Assembly (NCBI GenBank): GCA_963770895.1
Contig: CAVYRF010000002.1
Location: 2,368,001 to 2,432,000, forward strand
Direction: 5' to 3'
Origin: an uncultured Acidobacteriota bacterium
GTDB taxonomy: Bacteria; Acidobacteriota; Thermoanaerobaculia; Multivoradales; UBA5704
Length of the DNA stretch: 64,000 nucleotides
Part shown: piece by piece, positions 30,420-40,544 of the stretch
Numbering within the stretch: the first letter of the stretch is position 1
How the letters are laid out: each line of letters opens with the position of its first letter
Notes under the pieces: model-generated
Databases searched by the model: none
Told to the model about the DNA's origin: nothing
What the model saw: only the letters and a program-made list of their open reading frames with translations
Made by a program: the position numbers and the translations under genes

Positions 30420-30514
30420 CGATGGGCGCCCCTTTCGGCGGCAGGCATTTGCGGCGGCCCGAGGGTGGCGGCCGTCATGGTATCGTGGCGAAAAATCGTC
30501 CCCAGATCGCGGGA

Positions 30515-31126
30515 ATGGATCCTACCTCATCTCAGACCGCCCCCTGGGCGCAGCTGTCCGACGCGGCCCTGCTGCGGCACATCGGCGAGCGGCAGCCGGA
30601 AGCCCTCGACCAGCTGTACGACCGCTTCGCGCCCACCCTGCTGGCGCTCATCAACCGCATCCTGCGCGGCAGCGCCGACGCCGAGGACGTGCTGCAGGAG
30701 GTGTTCGTCCAGGTGTGGAACCGCGGCGGCCTCTACGATCCGGCGCGCTCTTCGGTCGGCACCTGGCTGGTGCTGATCGCCCGCAGCCGCGCCATCGACC
30801 GTTTGCGCAGCCGCAAGGTGATCGAACGGGTGCATGACGCCACCGCCCAATCCCAGGGGTCGCTGGCAGGCGTTGGGCCGTATACATCCTCCGAGGCAGT
30901 GGAGAACGTATTGATCCAGGAACGTCGTGAGCGGGTGCGGCGTGAACTGGAGGAGTTGCCCGAAGAGCAGCGCCAGGTATTGGAAATGGCATTCTATCAA
31001 GGACTTACGCAGAGCGAGATCGCTTCGACGACGGGCCTGCCGCTGGGCACGGTCAAGACCCGCACCCTGCTCGCCATGCGCAAGCTGCGCAACGGTCTGC
31101 GCGCCGAGATCCGCGAGCTGCTATGA
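30515..31126 (+). CDS. ECF sigma factor (SigK-like)
   Basis: [50 protein letters not shown]. Confidence 0.92.
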   Translation: MDPTSSQTAPWAQLSDAALLRHIGERQPEALDQLYDRFAPTLLALINRILRGSADAEDVLQEVFVQVWNRGGLYDPARSSVGTWLVLIARSRAIDRLRSRKVIERVHDATAQSQGSLAGVGPYTSSEAVENVLIQERRERVRRELEELPEEQRQVLEMAFYQGLTQSEIASTTGLPLGTVKTRTLLAMRKLRNGLRAEIRELL

Positions 31127-32247
31127 ACGTCTCCGCCACCTCGGAAGAGCAGGCGCTGCTGGCGGTGCTGACCGCTCTCGAAGCAGCCGAAGGGAGCGAC
31201 GTGCGGCTCGCCGCCCTGCCGGCCAGCCTGGCCGGTGCCGCCGCCGCCGCCGAGCAGGCCGGCGACGCGACGACCGAAACGTTGACGCGCCTGTTCCAGG
31301 AGCTGCTGGGGTTGGTGCCGTTCGCCTTGCCGCCGCTCTCTCCCAGCCCCAAGGTGAAGCGCCGCCTGCTGGCGGCCATCGCGCAGACGGAAGTCGCGGC
31401 GCTGCCGGTGCAGGCCGCGTCAGCGGCGCCGGACATGGCCGCCGCGGCGGTGGCGCCAGGGGGGCCGGCTGGTTCGGCGCCCGTGGCGCAGCTGGCGCCC
31501 CCGGCAGGCCCCGCAGCCGCGGCGCCCCCGGCGGTCCAGAAGACCGCGGCGACCGCGGCGACGATCCTGGCGACCCCTACGACCCCGCGGACCCCGCCCC
31601 CGGCGACCCCGGAAATCGGCGTGGCGCCCATCGCCGCCCAGGCCCCACTCGCGTTTCCCGCCGCTGCCGCGCGCTCTCCCCGCCGATGGAACCCGCCGCT
31701 GGCAATGGCCGCGGGGCTCATCCTGGCGCTGCTGGGCGCCTGCGCCTGGCTCTACCACGGCCTGCAGACCCAGGGTGAGACCATCGCGCGCCTGAACGCC
31801 GAGCGCAATCAGGCGCTCCAGCACCTGGACCAGATGGAGTCCCGCATGTCGCGCTTGACCACCGAGGTCAGCGACATGCGCTCCAACTTCTCGGTGGTCA
31901 CCTCGCCCGCGGTGGAGGTCTGCTCGATGCGTCCGGTCGCCCAGGGCATGGGCGACGTGCACGGCATCCTGTTCGTCGCCGCCGACCACCAGCACTGGTA
32001 CATGTCGCTGCGCGGGCTGCCGCCGGCCGGGGCCGGCAGGGTCTACCAGCTGTGGTTCATCGGCGACCAGGGGCCGGTCAGCGCCGGCACCTTCGGCGCC
32101 CCCGCCGGGGCGGCGTGGGACGTCGGCGCCGAGCACATGCCGGCGGGCACCAAGGAAGTCCGCGTGACCCTGGAAGCCGGCGCCGGCGCGACCACCCCGG
32201 CCGGCCCCGAGGTCCTGCGCAACTCCGATCCCTTCCGCACGCTGTAG
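31123..32247 (+). CDS. Anti-sigma factor (RskA-like)
   Basis: ATGA overlap with the sigma gene; TM, coiled coil, then GLPP...VYQLW...PVSAG...VTLE C-terminal domain. Confidence 0.82.
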   Translation: MNVSATSEEQALLAVLTALEAAEGSDVRLAALPASLAGAAAAAEQAGDATTETLTRLFQELLGLVPFALPPLSPSPKVKRRLLAAIAQTEVAALPVQAASAAPDMAAAAVAPGGPAGSAPVAQLAPPAGPAAAAPPAVQKTAATAATILATPTTPRTPPPATPEIGVAPIAAQAPLAFPAAAARSPRRWNPPLAMAAGLILALLGACAWLYHGLQTQGETIARLNAERNQALQHLDQMESRMSRLTTEVSDMRSNFSVVTSPAVEVCSMRPVAQGMGDVHGILFVAADHQHWYMSLRGLPPAGAGRVYQLWFIGDQGPVSAGTFGAPAGAAWDVGAEHMPAGTKEVRVTLEAGAGATTPAGPEVLRNSDPFRTL

Positions 32248-32254
32248 CATCTCA

Positions 32255-32315
32255 GCGGCCCTGGCGGCCCTGGCGGCCCTGGCAGCCCTGCGGCCCTGGC
32301 AGCCCTGCGGCCCTA
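32255..32315. repeat. Tandem 8-9 bp repeat (GCGGCCCTG-like, about 7 copies) between convergent genes
   Basis: gcggccctg x3, gcagccctg, cggccctg, gcagccctg, cggcccta. Confidence 0.85.
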
Positions 32316-33128
32316 GCGGCGCGGTGGCCGGGTCGGGCGCATCTCCACCAGGCTGGGTAGCGCCCGCTCCGGGTAGCTCAGCAGGTGCAGCACCATTGCC
32401 GCCACGTCCTGCGGCGCCAACATCCACGAGCGGTCGTCGCGGCGGGCGGAGTCCCCGAAGCCGGTGTCGACGCTGCCGGGCAGGATCGCCGCCACCTTGA
32501 TCCCGGCCTGGCGCAGGTCCAGCATGGCGGCCTCCGACAGGCCGATGAGGCCGAACTTGCTGGCGTTGTAGGCGGCCCCGCCGGCCATCGCGTTCCTGCC
32601 GGCCAGCGAACCGATGTTGAAGATCCAGCCGCCGCCCTGCCGGCGCATCGCCGGCGCCACCGCCTGGATGCAATAGAACGGGCCGCTCAAGTTGGTTTCG
32701 ATCACCTCCTGCCACTGCTCGGCGGAGAGGGCGTCGACGGCGGCGAAGCGCCCCAGACCGGCGTTGTTGACCAGGCAGTCGACGCGGCCGGCGGCGGCGA
32801 GCGACTCTTCGACGAAGCTCGCGACCTGCGCCTGCCGGCGCACGTCCACCGCCCGTCCGGTGACACTCGCGGCACCGAACCGGGCGCGCAGATCGGTTTC
32901 GGCGCGGCTCACGGAATCGGCGCTCCTGCTGCAGAAAAACACCCGCCAGCCGCCGCTCAGCAGCGCTTCGACGACGGCCAGGCCGATGCCGCGGCTGCCG
33001 CCGGTGACCAGGGCGACCTGGGGGGCCGGCCGCTCGCCGGGCGCCGGTTTGGGTGAGGCGTCTGGGGAGGGGGCGCTGGCTGCGGCTGCTGCGGCCGCTG
33101 AATGCTGCGAAGCGTCGTCACTGGCCAT
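32313..33128 (-). CDS. SDR family oxidoreductase
   Basis: TGGSRGIG, LVNNAG, YNASKFG, PGSVDT. Confidence 0.93.
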   Translation of the reverse strand: MASDDASQHSAAAAAAASAPSPDASPKPAPGERPAPQVALVTGGSRGIGLAVVEALLSGGWRVFFCSRSADSVSRAETDLRARFGAASVTGRAVDVRRQAQVASFVEESLAAAGRVDCLVNNAGLGRFAAVDALSAEQWQEVIETNLSGPFYCIQAVAPAMRRQGGGWIFNIGSLAGRNAMAGGAAYNASKFGLIGLSEAAMLDLRQAGIKVAAILPGSVDTGFGDSARRDDRSWMLAPQDVAAMVLHLLSYPERALPSLVEMRPTRPPRR

Positions 33129-33248
33129 GCCTTAGTGTAGTGCCGTCCGCCGCGGGGACGCACGCGGCATCTCCTCCCGCTCCTCCCGCGCAGGCTGGCG
33201 CTGAAATGCCGCAGGGCGGCGTGCTGTTGTAGCGAGCAAGGAGGCGGT

Positions 33249-33959
33249 ATGCCGTACTTCGGCTTTTACAACTTCGGCTACCTGATCTTCATTCTGCCGG
33301 GCCTGGCGCTTTCGCTGTGGGCGACGTGGCGCACGCGCTCTGCGTTCAGTAAATATTCGCGCGTGCGCAGCGCACGCGGCTTGACCGGGGCGCAGGCGGC
33401 GCAGGCGCTGTTGCACGCCGCCGGCATCGCCGACGTCACCGTGGTGCCGGTCAGCGGCAACCTGACCGATCATTACAACCCCGCCAGCAAGCAGCTGGCG
33501 CTTTCCGAAGGTGTTTTCGGTTCGACTTCGATCGCCGCGGTCGGCGTCGCCTGTCACGAGGCGGGTCACGCGGTGCAGCACGCCCGCGCCTACCGGCCGC
33601 TGTGGCTGCGCTCGATGCTGGTGCCCACGGCCAACATCGGTTCGTCGCTCGGCTACATCGTGATGCTCGTCGGCCTGCTGCTGTTGCACTCGCCGCAGGT
33701 GGTGCTGCTGGGCGCGATCCTGTTTTCGGCGGTGCTGGTGTTCCAGGTGGTCACCCTGCCGGTCGAATTCGACGCTTCCGCCCGCGCCAAGCGCTTGGCG
33801 GTCGACAACGGCATCGTGATGCCACAGGAGCGGCAAGGGATGGACCGCGTGCTCAACGCCGCGGCCCTCACCTACGTCGCCGCGGTGGTGTCGACGCTGC
33901 TGACCCTGGTTTACTACCTGCTGGAAGCGGGCCTGCTGGGCGGCCGCCGGCGCGGCTGA
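33249..33959 (+). CDS. Zinc metallopeptidase (YugP / Zn_peptidase_2 family)
   Basis: LTDHYNP, ACHEAGHAVQH, TLPVEFDASARA, VLNAAALTYVA; AGGAGG RBS. Confidence 0.92.
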   Translation: MPYFGFYNFGYLIFILPGLALSLWATWRTRSAFSKYSRVRSARGLTGAQAAQALLHAAGIADVTVVPVSGNLTDHYNPASKQLALSEGVFGSTSIAAVGVACHEAGHAVQHARAYRPLWLRSMLVPTANIGSSLGYIVMLVGLLLLHSPQVVLLGAILFSAVLVFQVVTLPVEFDASARAKRLAVDNGIVMPQERQGMDRVLNAAALTYVAAVVSTLLTLVYYLLEAGLLGGRRRG

Positions 33960-33963
33960 GCCG

Positions 33964-34136
33964 GCTTTCGCCGGCCCCAGCTGCGGCCTCGCCGCCTCAG
34001 CTTTCGCCGGCCCAGTTGCGGCCTCGCCGCCTCAGCTTTCGCCGGCCCAGTTGCGGCCTCGCCGCCTCAGCTTTCGCCGCACCGCCCTGGCTCTCGCCGC
34101 CGGCGCCGCACCGCCCTGGCTCTCGCCGCCGGCGCC
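33964..34136. repeat. Intergenic tandem repeats: 35-bp unit x3.3, then 29-bp unit x2
   Basis: GCTTTCGCCGGCCCAGTTGCGGCCTCGCCGCCTCA repeated head-to-tail, then CACCGCCCTGGCTCTCGCCGCCGGCGCC twice. Confidence 0.9.
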
Positions 34137-34220
34137 ACTCCCCGCCGGCCTTGCCGCAGCCTGCCGGCGGCGGTTTCGTCTTTCCAGTGCCCTAGTACCC
34201 TTCCTGGCCGCCCCCCTGCC

Positions 34221-35585
34221 CTAATGCGACGCCGGGGTGCCGAGGAGGCCGCTGATCTCTTTTTGCCGGCTTTCCAGCTGCTCGGGGGTTTTTGCCTCCA
34301 CCACCAGCCGCAGGAAGGGTTCGGTGTTGGAGGGGCGGACGTTGGCCCACCAGTCGGTATAGCTGATCGTGATGCCGTCCAGGTAGTCGATCTGGGCGTC
34401 GGCGTAGCGCGTCGCCAGCATCGCGATCTTGCCCTGCTTGTCGTCCACGACGAAGTTGATCTCAGGGCTCTTGCTGTAGCGCCTGAGCGGCGCCACCAGG
34501 TGTGACAGCGGCGCGCCGGACTGCCGCACCAGGTTGAGCACCTCGACCATCGCCAGCACCGCGCAGTCGGCGTAGTAATGGTCGCGGAAGTAGTAGTGGC
34601 CGGCAAGCTCGCCGCCGAAGATGCCGTCGCGCTGGCGCAGGGTGGCCTTCATGAACGAATGGCCGACGCGATCGCGCACCGGTATGCCGCCGTGCTCCGT
34701 GATGTATTCGGCGACGGCGCGCGACGACCGCAGGTCGTAGACGATCGCCTTGCCCGGTTCGCGCGCCAGCAGCTCGCCGGCGATCAAGCCGGTCATCAGG
34801 TCGTTGCTGACCACGTTCCCCTGCTCGTCGATGAATCCGACCCGGTCGGCGTCGCCGTCGAAGGCGGCGCCAAAGTCGGCGCCGGTCTGGCGCACCTTCC
34901 GCATGAGGTCGTGCAGGTTTTTTTCCTCCAGCGGGTTGGGCTCGTGATTGGGAAAGTTGCCGTCGAGCTCGAAATACAGGGGAATGAGCTCGATGCCCAT
35001 GGCTTCCAGGATCGGCCGATCGATGGTGACCATACCGTTGGCGGCGTCCACCACGACTTTCAACCGGCGGCTGCCCGCCGCGGGCGCCTGCAGAAACGAC
35101 AGGCAGTGGGTGCGGTAGGCGTCGGTGACGTCGCCGTGACGGACCGTGCCGGGCGTTTCGGCGATGGGCAGGTCGCCTTGGGCGATCTTGCTTTCCATCA
35201 GCGCGATGCCGTGATCGCCGGACACCGGGCGAGCGCCGTGGCGGCTCAGCTTGAAGCCGTTGTACTGCGCCGGGTTGTGGCTGGCGGTGACCTGGATGCC
35301 GCCGGCGGCGCCGGTGTGGCCGATGGCGAAGTAGTTCATCGGCGTCGAGGCCAGGCCGATATCGATCACGTCGAAGCCGGCGGCGGTGATGCCGTCGATC
35401 AAGGCGGTGGCCAGCACCGGGCTGCTGTTGCGCATGTCGCGGCTGACCACGACGCTCTTGCCGTGCTTGCGGTCTGCGTCGTCCAGGACGTGTTGAAAAG
35501 CCAGGCCGATCTGCCGCGCGATGGGCGCCGACAGCTCGGTCGGGTAGATGCCGCGGATGTCGTAAGCTTTGTAAATACCTGACAT
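34221..35585 (-). CDS. Phosphomannomutase/phosphoglucomutase
   Basis: KAYDIRG, TASHNP, FDGDADR, GGELAGHYYF, NVRPSNTEP. Confidence 0.95.
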   Translation of the reverse strand: MSGIYKAYDIRGIYPTELSAPIARQIGLAFQHVLDDADRKHGKSVVVSRDMRNSSPVLATALIDGITAAGFDVIDIGLASTPMNYFAIGHTGAAGGIQVTASHNPAQYNGFKLSRHGARPVSGDHGIALMESKIAQGDLPIAETPGTVRHGDVTDAYRTHCLSFLQAPAAGSRRLKVVVDAANGMVTIDRPILEAMGIELIPLYFELDGNFPNHEPNPLEEKNLHDLMRKVRQTGADFGAAFDGDADRVGFIDEQGNVVSNDLMTGLIAGELLAREPGKAIVYDLRSSRAVAEYITEHGGIPVRDRVGHSFMKATLRQRDGIFGGELAGHYYFRDHYYADCAVLAMVEVLNLVRQSGAPLSHLVAPLRRYSKSPEINFVVDDKQGKIAMLATRYADAQIDYLDGITISYTDWWANVRPSNTEPFLRLVVEAKTPEQLESRQKEISGLLGTPASH

Positions 35586-35643
35586 GGCTGCGTTTGTCTC
35601 CCTCAGGTCGGCCGGGACAGGGGTCTCGGCGTGCCGCGGCGAT

Positions 35644-36618
35644 TCAGGCCGGCAGCCCGAGCAGGAAGCTGCCCAGGGCTTGGCTGAACGCCAGCGGTTG
35701 CTCGGCGTGCGGCAGCCCGCGACTTCCGGCGAAGTATTCGATGTGCGACCCTGCCGGCAGCAGAGCCAGCTGGTCGGCAAGCCGCTGTGCCGACGGCGCC
35801 GCGCCGCCCCAGGCGATCCACGCCGGCACGGTGAGCCCCGCGAGGTCGGCTTCTGGCTGCAGATCGCCGCGCCAGTAGGCGGCAAGGGCCCGGCGGTGGG
35901 CTGCCAGGTGGCTGAGCCGGTAGTGGTGCTCGATCAGCGCCGCGTCCACCCGCTCCGGCGCGGCAAAGGCGCGGCGCCGCAGGTAGCGGCCCAGCGCGGC
36001 GCGGCTGGTCATCGCATCGAGCACCGGATCGCGCAGCAGCGGCACCCGCAGCAGCGGCTCCAGGGCGCGGGCGACGGTGCGGCCGCTGCCCTGGCCGGCG
36101 AGCGGCAGGCCGAGCGGCGCGACCAGCGCCAGCGCCCGCACGCGGCCGGGATGCTCGGCGGCGAGGCGCACCGCATAGGCCGCGGCGAGGCCCGCCGCGA
36201 TCAGCACCGCCCGTTCGCGCACGACCCCCTGCAGGAACTCGGCGAGCGCCGCCAGGTAGAGGCTGGGCCGGGGCTCGCCGGGAGCCGAGCGGCCCCAGCC
36301 CGGCAGATCGGGGGCGAAGACGTGGAAGTGTGGCGCCAGCGCTTCGGCGGCGCCGCGCCACTGCTCGCAGTCGAAGCCGGGCCCGAAGCCGTGCAGCATC
36401 ACCACCGCCGGACCGCTGCCCAGCTCGCGGAACACCAGCGGGCCGACGTGGCCGGCAAAGCGATGCGTGCGGCCCCAGCGCGGCGCCTCGGGAGCGCGCA
36501 GGCGGCGGCGGATCAGCATGTGCGCGACGATGGGCGCGGCGATCAGCCCTCCCGCCAGGGCAAGGCCGCCGAGGCGCCGCGAGCGGCGCGAACGTGCGGG
36601 GTGGGCTGTGGGTTTCAT
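35644..36618 (-). CDS. Alpha/beta hydrolase-fold protein with N-terminal TM; nucleophile Ser apparently absent
   Basis: VVMLHG, APDLPGWGRS, elbow position reads IAAGLAA, C-terminal LPHAEQP. Confidence 0.75.
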   Translation of the reverse strand: MKPTAHPARSRRSRRLGGLALAGGLIAAPIVAHMLIRRRLRAPEAPRWGRTHRFAGHVGPLVFRELGSGPAVVMLHGFGPGFDCEQWRGAAEALAPHFHVFAPDLPGWGRSAPGEPRPSLYLAALAEFLQGVVRERAVLIAAGLAAAYAVRLAAEHPGRVRALALVAPLGLPLAGQGSGRTVARALEPLLRVPLLRDPVLDAMTSRAALGRYLRRRAFAAPERVDAALIEHHYRLSHLAAHRRALAAYWRGDLQPEADLAGLTVPAWIAWGGAAPSAQRLADQLALLPAGSHIEYFAGSRGLPHAEQPLAFSQALGSFLLGLPA

Positions 36619-36757
36619 GGCGCCAACGATACCAGACCGATCGGACCGCCGGGGGCGCCGGAGCGGCTGGGGAGCAGCGGCGCGGCGGCCGGGCGCGGGC
36701 CGGGCGCGGAGGGGGAAGCGCGCGTTATACTGCCGTTGTTTGGCAGGATTGCCCGCC

Positions 36758-37474
36758 ATGCCCGTGCTCCCCATCGTCCGCCTCGGTCACCCCGCCCTGC
36801 GCACCGTCGGGCAGCCGTTGGCGCCCGACCTGCTGCGCGATCCGCACATCCAGCAGCTGATCGACGACATGGTGGAAACCATGCGCAGTGCCCACGGCAT
36901 CGGCCTGGCAGCGCCGCAGGTGGGTGTCGCGCTGCAGCTCTTCGTCTACGGCCAGGTCGACGGCGACAGCACGCGCGAGCCGGCCATCCCGCTGCGCGTC
37001 GTGGTCAACCCGATGCTCACGCCGCAGGGTGGCGAGCTGATCTACGACTGGGAAGGGTGCCTGTCCATTCCCGACCTGCGCGGCCTGGTGCCGCGCCATC
37101 CGGCGGTGCGCGTGCGCTGCCTGGACCGCGACGGCCAGCCTCTCGATTATCTTGCGGCGGACTTCGAAGCGCGGGTCGTGCAGCACGAGTTCGACCACCT
37201 CAACGGCGTCGTGTTTCTGGACCGCATGCGGGACTTCAAATCGCTCGCCTACCTCGACGAATGGGAGCAGTATCTGGCGGGCCACGACCAAGCCGCAGCG
37301 GCCGACCCATCCCAGCCAGCCGATCCGTCCGCTAAGGCCGATCCGGTCGGCGCGTCGCCGGCACCGGCGACACCTGCCGCCGCGGGCGATGCACGCCAGC
37401 AAGGCGATGCCGGGCATGGCGGCAACGACGGCGCCGGGCGCCGCGAAGCGCCGCCAGATCCCGTCAACCACTAG
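36758..37474 (+). CDS. def: Peptide deformylase
   Basis: GIGLAAPQVG, EGCLS, QHEFDHLNG. Confidence 0.96.
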   Translation: MPVLPIVRLGHPALRTVGQPLAPDLLRDPHIQQLIDDMVETMRSAHGIGLAAPQVGVALQLFVYGQVDGDSTREPAIPLRVVVNPMLTPQGGELIYDWEGCLSIPDLRGLVPRHPAVRVRCLDRDGQPLDYLAADFEARVVQHEFDHLNGVVFLDRMRDFKSLAYLDEWEQYLAGHDQAAAADPSQPADPSAKADPVGASPAPATPAAAGDARQQGDAGHGGNDGAGRREAPPDPVNH

Positions 37475-37492
37475 GCGTAGGCGCCGCCGCCA

Positions 37493-37990
37493 GTGCCGCG
37501 AGGGCTCAAAGGCTCGGGCCGCGAGCTGGCGGTGGTTTGGGCCGGGCGCCACCAGCGATCCAACTGGGAAGAGCTATGCGCATCGTATCGGCAGCGGATC
37601 GAGCGCCTGGCCGTGGTGCGCGACGTGCCGGTGCGCGCCCGCGTCGCGCCTGACGATCCCCAGCGCCGGAACGCCGAGATGCTGGCGCTGCTCGAAGCGG
37701 TGCCGCCGTCCTCGTACTGCGTCGCGCTCGACAGTCGCGGCGAGGCGCTGGCGTCCAGTGCCCTTGCCGGGCGCTTGAACCGCCTCCGTGGCGAATGGCC
37801 GCACCCCATCGCCTTTCTGATCGGCTCCGACCTGGGCCTGCACCCCGAGCTGGTGGCGCAGGCGCGATGGGTGCTTTCGTTCGGGCCGATGACGCTGTCT
37901 CACGAGTTGGCACGGGTCGTGCTGTACGAGCAGCTCTACCGCGCGCTCTCTATCGAGGCCGGAATGAGCTATCATCGCGAGCCGCCATAA
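37493..37990 (+). CDS. rlmH: 23S rRNA (pseudouridine1915-N3) methyltransferase
   Basis: ALDSRG, FLIGSDLG, LSFGPMTLSHELARVVLYEQLYRA, YHR. Confidence 0.9.
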   Translation: MPRGLKGSGRELAVVWAGRHQRSNWEELCASYRQRIERLAVVRDVPVRARVAPDDPQRRNAEMLALLEAVPPSSYCVALDSRGEALASSALAGRLNRLRGEWPHPIAFLIGSDLGLHPELVAQARWVLSFGPMTLSHELARVVLYEQLYRALSIEAGMSYHREPP

Positions 37991-38040
37991 GCCAGTTCTT
38001 GTGGAAGCGGGCAGGTTCGAGCTGAAAGGAGACAGCCAGC

Positions 38041-38448
38041 GTGGCCAGGAAACAGACCGCCAAACCGGCTCCTGAGGTGGGCAACGAGCGCTTCGACGCC
38101 TTGCGGGAGCGCCTTTTGCAGCAGAAGCAAGAGATCCTGGACATGTACAACCAGGATCTGAAAGCTGGCCAGGAATCCGCCGATGACGGTACCGACGACC
38201 TGGTGGATCGCGCCAACGCCGCGTACAACCGGGAGCTGATGTTCTCCCTTTCCGATAGCGAGCGGACGATGCTGCTGCAGATCGAGGAGGCCCTGCACCG
38301 CATGCGCGAAAGCGCGTACGGCCGCTGCGCCAACTGCGGCCAGACGATCGCGCCGCTACGGCTGGAGGCGGTGCCGTGGGCGCGTTTCTGCATCGACTGC
38401 CAGGAGCTGGCTGAAAAGGGCATGCTCAACGAAGTGGACCTGGGATAG
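38041..38448 (+). CDS. dksA: DksA/TraR C4 zinc-finger protein
   Basis: Coiled coil with DxxDxA tip (DLVDRA), CANC...RLEAVPWARFCIDC. Confidence 0.8.
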   Translation: MARKQTAKPAPEVGNERFDALRERLLQQKQEILDMYNQDLKAGQESADDGTDDLVDRANAAYNRELMFSLSDSERTMLLQIEEALHRMRESAYGRCANCGQTIAPLRLEAVPWARFCIDCQELAEKGMLNEVDLG

Positions 38449-38609
38449 CTCCCGGCGCCCGCCCGCGAGCCCGCGCCGGCCGCCGGCAGCCGGCATTGGC
38501 GCCACCGCCTGCCTTGTCGGCACCGCCGGTATCCGTGCGACACCGGCGGCGCCAGCAATGAAATGAGCACGGTGCGAAGGCGGGTTTTCCCGCACGGCGA
38601 CCAGGGCGT

Positions 38610-40232
38610 ATGACCGACCCCGTTCAACAGCTGCTCGCTGCGTCGCGGCAGGCCGCCGCGCCGCAGATCTTCCTGGTGCGTGGCGACCTGGTGGTGGCCG
38701 AGCCGGTCGCGGCGCGCTTCGCCACGGCCCTGGCCGCGGAGCACGGCGGCCAGGTGGAATCGCATCGCCGTCCCGCCTCGCTGGCCCCGCTTCTGCACGA
38801 CCTGCGCACCTTTTCGCTGTTCGCCTCCGCCAAGGTGATCCTTGCCGTCGATACTTCGCTCTTTGCCGATCGCGCCGCCGCCGCCGACCTGATCGACGAC
38901 GCGGAAGAGGCGCTCCCCGCGGCGGGCGGGCGCGGCGACGCGGGCGGGGATGGGGGAGCGGTGGCGGGGGCCGCGGGGCGGCGCCGGAGCGGTGGCACGG
39001 CCGCCGCCATGGCTGCCTCGCCCGGCGAAGAAGGCGAGGCGCGTCCAAAGATGGGAGCGCGCGAGCGGCTGGCCGCGTCGCGCCTGCTGCAAGTGCTGCG
39101 GCTGTTTGAGATTCCCATCGGCAGCGCGCCGGCGGCAGACGTCGTGGACCAGCTGCCGGCCTGGGTCCTCGAAGGTGGCGCCGCGAGCCGCCGCGCCAGG
39201 GGTGGCCGCGGGCGCGGCAAGCGCCAGGTGGAGGACCTGCGGACCGGCCTGACCGCGCTCTTCGAGCGCGCGCGCGCCGAGGGCGTCGAGGCGGGGGTGG
39301 AAGGCGACCTGTCAGACCTCTCCGCGGCGATCACCGGCGGGCTTCCGGCAGGGCACGCGCTGGTCTTCGCCGAGCGCCAGGTGGCTGCCGAGCATCCGCT
39401 GGTGCGCCTGCTGCAAGAGCGCGGCGCGGTGGCGGCGGTCGGTGAGGTGGAATCCACCCGCGGCGCAGCCTGGCAGGGAGTCGAGCACCTGGTCACCGAG
39501 CTGGCCGAGGAGACCGGCGTCGGCATCACCGGCGAAGCGTTGGCCGAGCTGGCCCGGCGGACCCTGCGCAAGGCCGGAGACCCGCGGCGCGGCGGCGGCG
39601 ATGCGGCGCAGGGCTCGGCGACCGGCGATTCCACGGCTCGCCTTGCCGCGGAATACCGCAAGCTCGCCAACCTGACCCGCGCCGGGGGCCAACCGGGCGC
39701 ACGGATCGAGCGCGGCATGGTCCAGCAAGAGGTGGAAGACCGCGGCGAAGAGGACGTCTGGAAGCTGCTGGACGCGATCGGCGCCGGCCACGGCGGCGAA
39801 GCGATGGATCGGTTCCGGCGTCTGCTGGCTTCCGCCGACGATCCCATGGCAGCCCGGCTGTCGCTGTTCGCCCTGCTCGCAACCTTCTGCCGGCGCCTGA
39901 CCGCGATCCGGGGCATGATGCGCGTGGCGCGGGTTCCAGCCGGCGAAGCCAACTACGGCCGCTTCGCCGCGCGTCTGGCTCCCGCCCTCCAGGGAGACCT
40001 CGCGGGCGGCAAGAACCCCCTCGCCGGCGTCAACGCCTACGCCCTCCACCGCGCCTACCTCGCCGCCGGCCGCATCCCCGAAGCCGTCGCCGCCCGCCTG
40101 CCCTGGGAAGTCCTGGAAACCGAGCTGCGCATCAAAGGCGACAGCGCCGAAGCCGACACCGCCTTCGCCCGCCTGATCCTTCGCCTGAGCACCGCCATCA
40201 GTACCCAGCCCGCCCGGCCAGGCAGGCGCTAA
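38610..40232 (+). CDS. holA: DNA polymerase III delta subunit-like protein with insertions
   Basis: LRTFSLFASAKVIL, LAAEYRKL, EEDVWKLLDAI, C-terminal ETELRIKG. Confidence 0.6.
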   Translation: MTDPVQQLLAASRQAAAPQIFLVRGDLVVAEPVAARFATALAAEHGGQVESHRRPASLAPLLHDLRTFSLFASAKVILAVDTSLFADRAAAADLIDDAEEALPAAGGRGDAGGDGGAVAGAAGRRRSGGTAAAMAASPGEEGEARPKMGARERLAASRLLQVLRLFEIPIGSAPAADVVDQLPAWVLEGGAASRRARGGRGRGKRQVEDLRTGLTALFERARAEGVEAGVEGDLSDLSAAITGGLPAGHALVFAERQVAAEHPLVRLLQERGAVAAVGEVESTRGAAWQGVEHLVTELAEETGVGITGEALAELARRTLRKAGDPRRGGGDAAQGSATGDSTARLAAEYRKLANLTRAGGQPGARIERGMVQQEVEDRGEEDVWKLLDAIGAGHGGEAMDRFRRLLASADDPMAARLSLFALLATFCRRLTAIRGMMRVARVPAGEANYGRFAARLAPALQGDLAGGKNPLAGVNAYALHRAYLAAGRIPEAVAARLPWEVLETELRIKGDSAEADTAFARLILRLSTAISTQPARPGRR

Positions 40233-40495
40233 GACCAGCCGCCCGTCAAGGCGCCGGCGCCGCGGGCCCGGCAGAGATCGGCCTGCCTGTCGATCCGCTT
40301 GAACGCCGCCGCCAGTTGCGGCCCTGCCCGGCCAGGAAAGCGCCAATGATGCGGTCTATCGAGGCGCCGGCGCCGCGGTCCGAGAGGGCTTCGCCCGTGT
40401 GCCGATCCGCCCGAGCACCGCCCGCCGGTTCCGAGCCTGCCCGTCCAGGAAAGTGCGCCTGACCGAGCCACTCGTCAAGGCGCCGGTGCTGCTGA
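40208..40495. repeat. Degenerate ~113-bp tandem repeat, about 2.5 copies
   Basis: Units start near 40208, 40321 and 40435 and share GCCCG.CCAGG, AGGCGCCGG and (first two units) CGATCCGC. Confidence 0.75.
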
Positions 40496-40544
40496 CGCGC
40501 AGCACATTCACTCCCCGGTTGAAGAGGGCCAGGGTTGGGCGGGC

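Noticed and set aside
33964-34136. Possible CRISPR array
   Set aside because: The repeats are contiguous with no unique spacers, and no cas genes are nearby. The HD proteins are YhaM- and YfbR-like, not Cas3.
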